Assembly: GCA_942493105.1 (NCBI GenBank)
Contig: OW818668.1
Location: 630,001-662,000, forward strand
DNA length: 32,000 nucleotides
Origin: an uncultured Erysipelotrichaceae bacterium
GTDB lineage: Bacteria; Bacillota_I; Bacilli_A; Erysipelotrichales; Erysipelotrichaceae
Direction: 5' to 3'
In this document: piece by piece, positions 27,687 to 32,000 of the stretch
Position numbering within the stretch: the first letter of the stretch is position 1
Layout: each line of letters starts with the position of its first letter
The notes under the pieces: model-generated
The model's input: only the letters and a program-made list of their open reading frames with translations
Database searches by the model: none
What the model was told of the DNA's origin: nothing
Translations under genes and position numbers: made by a program

Positions 27687-29498
27687 ATGAGCTATAAAGC
27701 GTTGTATCGTACTTATCGGCCACATTCTTTCGATACCGTTGTCGGACAAAGACATATCGTAAAGACACTTCAAAATGCACTAAATCAGCATAAGGTTTCT
27801 CATGCATATTTATTTTGCGGACCGCGAGGAACAGGAAAGACGACTGTTGCGAAATTGGTCGCAAAATCCGTTAATTGTGAGAATCCCAGTGAAGCACCAT
27901 GCAATCATTGTGAAAACTGCATCGGTATTCAACAAGGAAACCATCCAGATGTCATAGAAATTGATGCTGCAAGCAATAATGGGGTCGATCAAATCAGAGA
28001 TTTGATTGAAAAAGTTAAATATGCCCCTCTGCAAGCCAAATATAAAGTCTACATCATCGATGAAGTACATATGCTTTCCCAAGGTGCTTTTAATGCATTG
28101 CTTAAAACCTTAGAGGAACCACCATCACATGTTATTTTCATTTTAGCGACCACCGAACCGCATAAAGTGTTGCCTACGATCATATCCAGATGTCAAAGAT
28201 ATGACTTTACACGAGTCAGTCAAAAAGACATTCAATCACGAGTTGAAGAAGTATTGACCACCGAAAAAATTAAATTCGATCACGAAGCAACCCGTTTGAT
28301 CAGTCAATTGTCAGATGGAGGAGTTCGTGATGCTTTAAGCATCCTGGAACAAGTCATTGCCTATAGTGAAGACAATTTAACTGCTCAGCATGTCAATGAT
28401 ATTTACGGAATTGCGACAACACAAGACAAACTTAAGCTTTTGACAGCAGTACAAAATCAAAATGTTGCCTTATTGATGGAAGAAATAGAATCTATTACTC
28501 AGAAAAACATTGATATTCGACGTTTAACCAATGATTTGATGGAACTCTTAAAAGAATCTGTTATTTATGCATATACAAAAGATGCAAAACTCTTAATGAA
28601 ACTGACTGTGGATGAAGCGAAAACACTTAATGCGATTTCACCTCCTGTAGCATTAAAGATGATCGACGATTTGATGGAGACAGCTGAAAAATACAGAAGT
28701 GCATCAGATGTCTTGTCGTACTTTGAAATTGGCTTGTTGAAACTGATTGGTCATTTAAATTTACCCAAAATAACTGAAAGTGAACCTGAGAAGAATCTAA
28801 AATCAAAGAAAACGATTGAGAATGAAACGCCTATTGACAATAAAAAGGCAACTAAAGATCCAGAACCAGATTTTAAAGCAAGTGAAACGTTGATTATTGA
28901 AATTCCGACAAATACCACTAGACCGGTTGAACCAAAAATCATTGTCCAAGGGGATGCCTTGGCAATGGATTTAGATGTTCCTGAAATAAAACCCACCAGA
29001 AGAGCGAAAAGTGTCGAGTTAAGCGATGATTTCATATTACAGTTGCTTTTAAGTGCAGATAAACAACTCAGGATCAAGGATGCTCAGTCATGGGACTCTG
29101 TAAAAGCGTTGACCAGAGACTTAGATTTTGCCAAAGCGGCCAATATGGTCATCGACTCAGTTGTTCAAGCTAGTGGGAATGAATTCAATTTGATTACTTT
29201 TGATAATAAACTTAAAGTTAGTATGGTCAATGAGCCTGCAAACATAGAATCTTTATCTTCCCTAACAGAAAAGGTGATAGGTAGGCCAACTCGACTCTAC
29301 GCATTGAGCCTTAAAGAATTTGAGCGGATCAGAGATTTATTTGTTCAATATCGTAATGAAGGAAGACTACCCGAAAAAGAAGAATTGGTGTTCTTTCCGA
29401 AAAAATCTAAATCCAGTAAAAAAGAACATGAATCTTTAACTAAAGCCAAAGATCTGTTTGATGGTAATTTAATAACCATTGAAAGTGATGAACACTAA
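27687..29498 (+). CDS. dnaX: DNA polymerase III subunit tau (gamma/tau)
   Basis: 603 aa. Walker A GPRGTGKTT, a zinc module (CENPSEAPCNHCENC), IIDEVHML and SRCQRYDF. The C-terminal half is long, low in complexity and poorly conserved. Confidence 0.95.
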   Translation: MSYKALYRTYRPHSFDTVVGQRHIVKTLQNALNQHKVSHAYLFCGPRGTGKTTVAKLVAKSVNCENPSEAPCNHCENCIGIQQGNHPDVIEIDAASNNGVDQIRDLIEKVKYAPLQAKYKVYIIDEVHMLSQGAFNALLKTLEEPPSHVIFILATTEPHKVLPTIISRCQRYDFTRVSQKDIQSRVEEVLTTEKIKFDHEATRLISQLSDGGVRDALSILEQVIAYSEDNLTAQHVNDIYGIATTQDKLKLLTAVQNQNVALLMEEIESITQKNIDIRRLTNDLMELLKESVIYAYTKDAKLLMKLTVDEAKTLNAISPPVALKMIDDLMETAEKYRSASDVLSYFEIGLLKLIGHLNLPKITESEPEKNLKSKKTIENETPIDNKKATKDPEPDFKASETLIIEIPTNTTRPVEPKIIVQGDALAMDLDVPEIKPTRRAKSVELSDDFILQLLLSADKQLRIKDAQSWDSVKALTRDLDFAKAANMVIDSVVQASGNEFNLITFDNKLKVSMVNEPANIESLSSLTEKVIGRPTRLYALSLKEFERIRDLFVQYRNEGRLPEKEELVFFPKKSKSSKKEHESLTKAKDLFDGNLITIESDEH

Positions 29499-30091
29499 TG
29501 TATCCTAAAGCTCTACAAAATGCGATCGAGCAATTGAGGAAATTGCCTGGTGTTGGTCAAAAAACAGCTGAAAGATATGCTTTTGCCTTATTAAACTACA
29601 CTTCTGAAGAAATTCAGGATTTTTCAACTAGTATTTTAGAAGCAAAGATGACCTTACATCCTTGTCCTATTTGTGGTAATTTAGCGCAAAATGATAAGTG
29701 CGATATCTGTGTCGATCCGCGACGAGATAGAAGTCTCATCTGCGTGGTTCAAGATGTCAAAGATGTGGCTGCACTTGAACGAATGGCTGAATATAGAGGA
29801 CTCTACCATGTGTTAGGAGGAGTCATATCAACCCAAAAGGGTATTCTACCTGAAGACATCAATCTTGAAACTTTGATTCCGAGATTGACTTCTGATGTCG
29901 CTGAAGTCATTATTGCGACCAATCCGACCATGGATGGTGAAACGACCGCATTATATCTCGCTAAACGTCTAGAAAAGCAGAATTGTAACGTAAGTCGACT
30001 TGCCCATGGGATTCCGATGGGCGGACATGTAGATTATGCAGATGATATGACCTTGATTAAAGCCATGGAAGGCAGAAAGAGATTAAAATGA
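29498..30091 (+). CDS. recR: Recombination protein RecR
   Basis: 197 aa. HhH (LPGVGQKTAERYAF), a C4 zinc finger (CPICGN...CDIC) and a Toprim domain. TAATG overlap with dnaX. Confidence 0.96.
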   Translation: MYPKALQNAIEQLRKLPGVGQKTAERYAFALLNYTSEEIQDFSTSILEAKMTLHPCPICGNLAQNDKCDICVDPRRDRSLICVVQDVKDVAALERMAEYRGLYHVLGGVISTQKGILPEDINLETLIPRLTSDVAEVIIATNPTMDGETTALYLAKRLEKQNCNVSRLAHGIPMGGHVDYADDMTLIKAMEGRKRLK

Positions 30092-31752
30092 AAACAGATA
30101 TTGAAATTGCACAGTCTATCCCGATGGAACCGATTGAAGTCATTGCCAGTAAAGCTAAGATTGATACTAAATATATTGAATTATATGGTAAATACAAGGC
30201 CAAGGTTAGTTTATCCATCAATAACCAATTAGAATCCTTAACAAACGGACATCTGATTTTAGTTACAGCCATGACCCCAACCAAAGCGGGCGAAGGTAAA
30301 TCAACAACGACGGTTGGTTTAGTGGATGGTTTATCGCGTCTCAACAAAAAAACAATTGGTTGTATGCGTGAACCGTCTTTAGGACCAGTATTTGGCGTTA
30401 AAGGTGGTGCAACAGGGGGCGGAATGGCTCAGGTCGTTCCCATGGAAGATATCAATCTGCATTTTACTGGAGATTTACATGCGGTAACCACTGCCAACAA
30501 TTTGGTAAGTGCCATTATCGATAATGTGCTTTATCAAGGCAATCCTTTAAACATAGATCCTGAACGGATTTTATGGAAACGGGCTATGGATATGAATGAT
30601 CGAGCTTTAAGAAGCATTCGTGTGTCCATGAATGAGCCTAAAGCCATCGAAAGACAAGACGGTTTCAACATTACAGTGGCTTCCGAAATCATGGCTGTCT
30701 TATGTTTATCTAAAGATTTAGAGGATCTTAAACAGCGTATTGGAAGAATTATCGTTGCGTTCAATCTTGATGGAAATCCTGTGACCATCAGTGATCTTAG
30801 AATTGCCGGATCAATCGTTGCCTTACTTAAAGAAGCCATCAAACCCAATTTGGTTCAAACTTTAGAAAAAAATCCTATGTTTGTCCATGGGGGACCTTTT
30901 GCGAACATTGCGCATGGATCAAACTCGATCATTGCGACAAGAATGGCACTTAAGTTAGCTGATTTTGTGGTGACTGAAGCAGGTTTTGGGAGTGATTTAG
31001 GTGCACAAAAGTTTATGGATATCACTTCCATCAACGGACAATTCAAACCATCAGCTGTTGTCTTGGTTGCAACTGTGCGTGCATTAAAGTTACATGGCAA
31101 TGAGTTATATGAGAACTTAAAAACTGAGAACTTAGAAGCTTTACACAAAGGCTTACCAAATCTAAAGAAACATACCCAGATCTTATCGACCTATGGGGTA
31201 CCTTTTGTGGTCGCGTTAAATCGTTTCTCTTCAGACACCAAAGCAGAGATAGAGATTGTTCAGAAATGGTGTGAAAACAATGCTATTCCGTTTGCTCTTA
31301 ATGAATCCTGGGAATATGGTTCAGCAGGAGCTGAAGCTTTAGCCCAAAAAGTCTTGGATTTGGTTAAGTTACCTAATAACTATCACACCATACTTGATCC
31401 AAAATCTTTGGTTTCTGAAAAAATCGAAACGATTGCTAAAACAATTTATGGGGCGTCTAATGTTGAATATAGTGAAGTCGCATTAAAACAACTTGAGGAT
31501 ATTGATCGCTTAAATCTCAATGAACTCAACGTCTGTATTGCTAAAACTCAGGCATCGATCAGCGATGATCCAAAACGTTTGGGTGATCCAACCGGATTTG
31601 TCCTAAAAATTAGAGAAATTCGCTTGTCTGTAGGTGCTGGATTTGCGGTTGCGATTGCCGGACCCATCATGACGATGCCTGGTCTATCTAAAGATCCAGC
31701 TGCTTATCATATCGATGTCGATCAACAAGGAAAGATCACCGGACTCTTTTAG
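30088..31752 (+). CDS. fhs: Formate-tetrahydrofolate ligase
   Basis: 554 aa. PTKAGEGKSTTTVGL P-loop and EPSLGPVFGVKGGATGGG. ATGA overlap with the recR stop. Confidence 0.96.
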   Translation: MKTDIEIAQSIPMEPIEVIASKAKIDTKYIELYGKYKAKVSLSINNQLESLTNGHLILVTAMTPTKAGEGKSTTTVGLVDGLSRLNKKTIGCMREPSLGPVFGVKGGATGGGMAQVVPMEDINLHFTGDLHAVTTANNLVSAIIDNVLYQGNPLNIDPERILWKRAMDMNDRALRSIRVSMNEPKAIERQDGFNITVASEIMAVLCLSKDLEDLKQRIGRIIVAFNLDGNPVTISDLRIAGSIVALLKEAIKPNLVQTLEKNPMFVHGGPFANIAHGSNSIIATRMALKLADFVVTEAGFGSDLGAQKFMDITSINGQFKPSAVVLVATVRALKLHGNELYENLKTENLEALHKGLPNLKKHTQILSTYGVPFVVALNRFSSDTKAEIEIVQKWCENNAIPFALNESWEYGSAGAEALAQKVLDLVKLPNNYHTILDPKSLVSEKIETIAKTIYGASNVEYSEVALKQLEDIDRLNLNELNVCIAKTQASISDDPKRLGDPTGFVLKIREIRLSVGAGFAVAIAGPIMTMPGLSKDPAAYHIDVDQQGKITGLF

Positions 31753-31766
31753 GTCTAAAAACAACC

Positions 31767-32000
31767 ATGTCTTCAATCGCCTACATCACGGATAAAAAAA
31801 TGATCGAATTTCATCGTTTGAACGGGAACTCTTCAATTAATTTTTGGAGACCATCCAGTTCAAAGCGTTTTACTGACTTTCATCCCGGTGATTTATTGTT
31901 TTTCTTAGCTAAGGGCACCGAAAGAGGGCCTCAGAAAGAAAAAGGCTTGATTGGATATGGACGTTATTCGCAAGCTGTAAAATTATCTTTTAAACAGATG
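31767..32000 (+). CDS. Hypothetical protein, 5' partial; it runs off the window end
   Basis: The frame is open from ATG 31767 to the window edge (MSSIAYITDKKMIEFHRLNGNSSINFWRPSSSKRFTDFHPGDLLFFLAKG...). It is absent from the ORF track because no stop is reached. There is no clear RBS and I cannot assign a family. Confidence 0.35.
   Translation, partial: MSSIAYITDKKMIEFHRLNGNSSINFWRPSSSKRFTDFHPGDLLFFLAKGTERGPQKEKGLIGYGRYSQAVKLSFKQM

Noticed and set aside
29415-29426. An A6G run in dnaX (TAAAAAAG) as a possible gamma-subunit frameshift site like that of E. coli dnaX.
   Set aside because: It lies only about 25 codons before the natural stop, so it cannot generate a truncated gamma. It is also not in the A-AAA-AAG register, since the codons read AGT AAA AAA GAA.

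Overview
This window is the chromosomal replication-origin neighbourhood of a low-GC, Firmicute-type bacterium. TGA acts as a stop codon (for example at 1307-1309, 18294-18296 and 30089-30091), so the code is table 11, not table 4. Nearly all of it is conserved housekeeping sequence.

Minus-strand block: gpmI, divIC, yabO/rqcP, mfd, pth, an esterase, jag/khpB, yidC, rnpA, rpmH.

Plus-strand block: a LysE exporter, the oriC DnaA-box cluster, dnaA, dnaN, a CvpA-like membrane protein, yaaA/rlbA, recF (disrupted), gyrB, gyrA, a membrane GGDEF-hemerythrin protein, a Ser T-box leader with serS, a small SRP RNA, tadA, dnaX, recR and fhs.

The left end carries the 3' part of cysK, an OmpR-type two-component system followed by a PT-repeat PepSY protein, and a SOUL/HBP-family protein.

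I found no CRISPR array, tRNA or rRNA gene, IS or transposon, integrase, or recognisable defence or toxin cassette. I do not think this window holds a hidden multi-gene novel system.

Observations most worth a second look:
1. recF is broken by two separate +1 frameshifts about 45 nt apart.
2. A 16-nt motif sits at identical spacing from a -10 box upstream of both the two-component operon and the PepSY gene, which suggests a regulator operator.
3. A multi-pass membrane diguanylate cyclase is fused to a complete hemerythrin domain directly after gyrA.
4. The palindrome GTTTCACGTGAAAC occurs on both sides of serS.
5. Three genes lacking a Shine-Dalgarno sequence have a -10 hexamer ending exactly 6 nt before the ATG, so they are candidate leaderless mRNAs.
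6. The origin-region synteny is altered: lysE lies between rpmH and oriC, a membrane protein lies between dnaN and yaaA, and no ybaB lies between dnaX and recR.

All calls rest on reading the sequence and on remembered family motifs. No database search was run.
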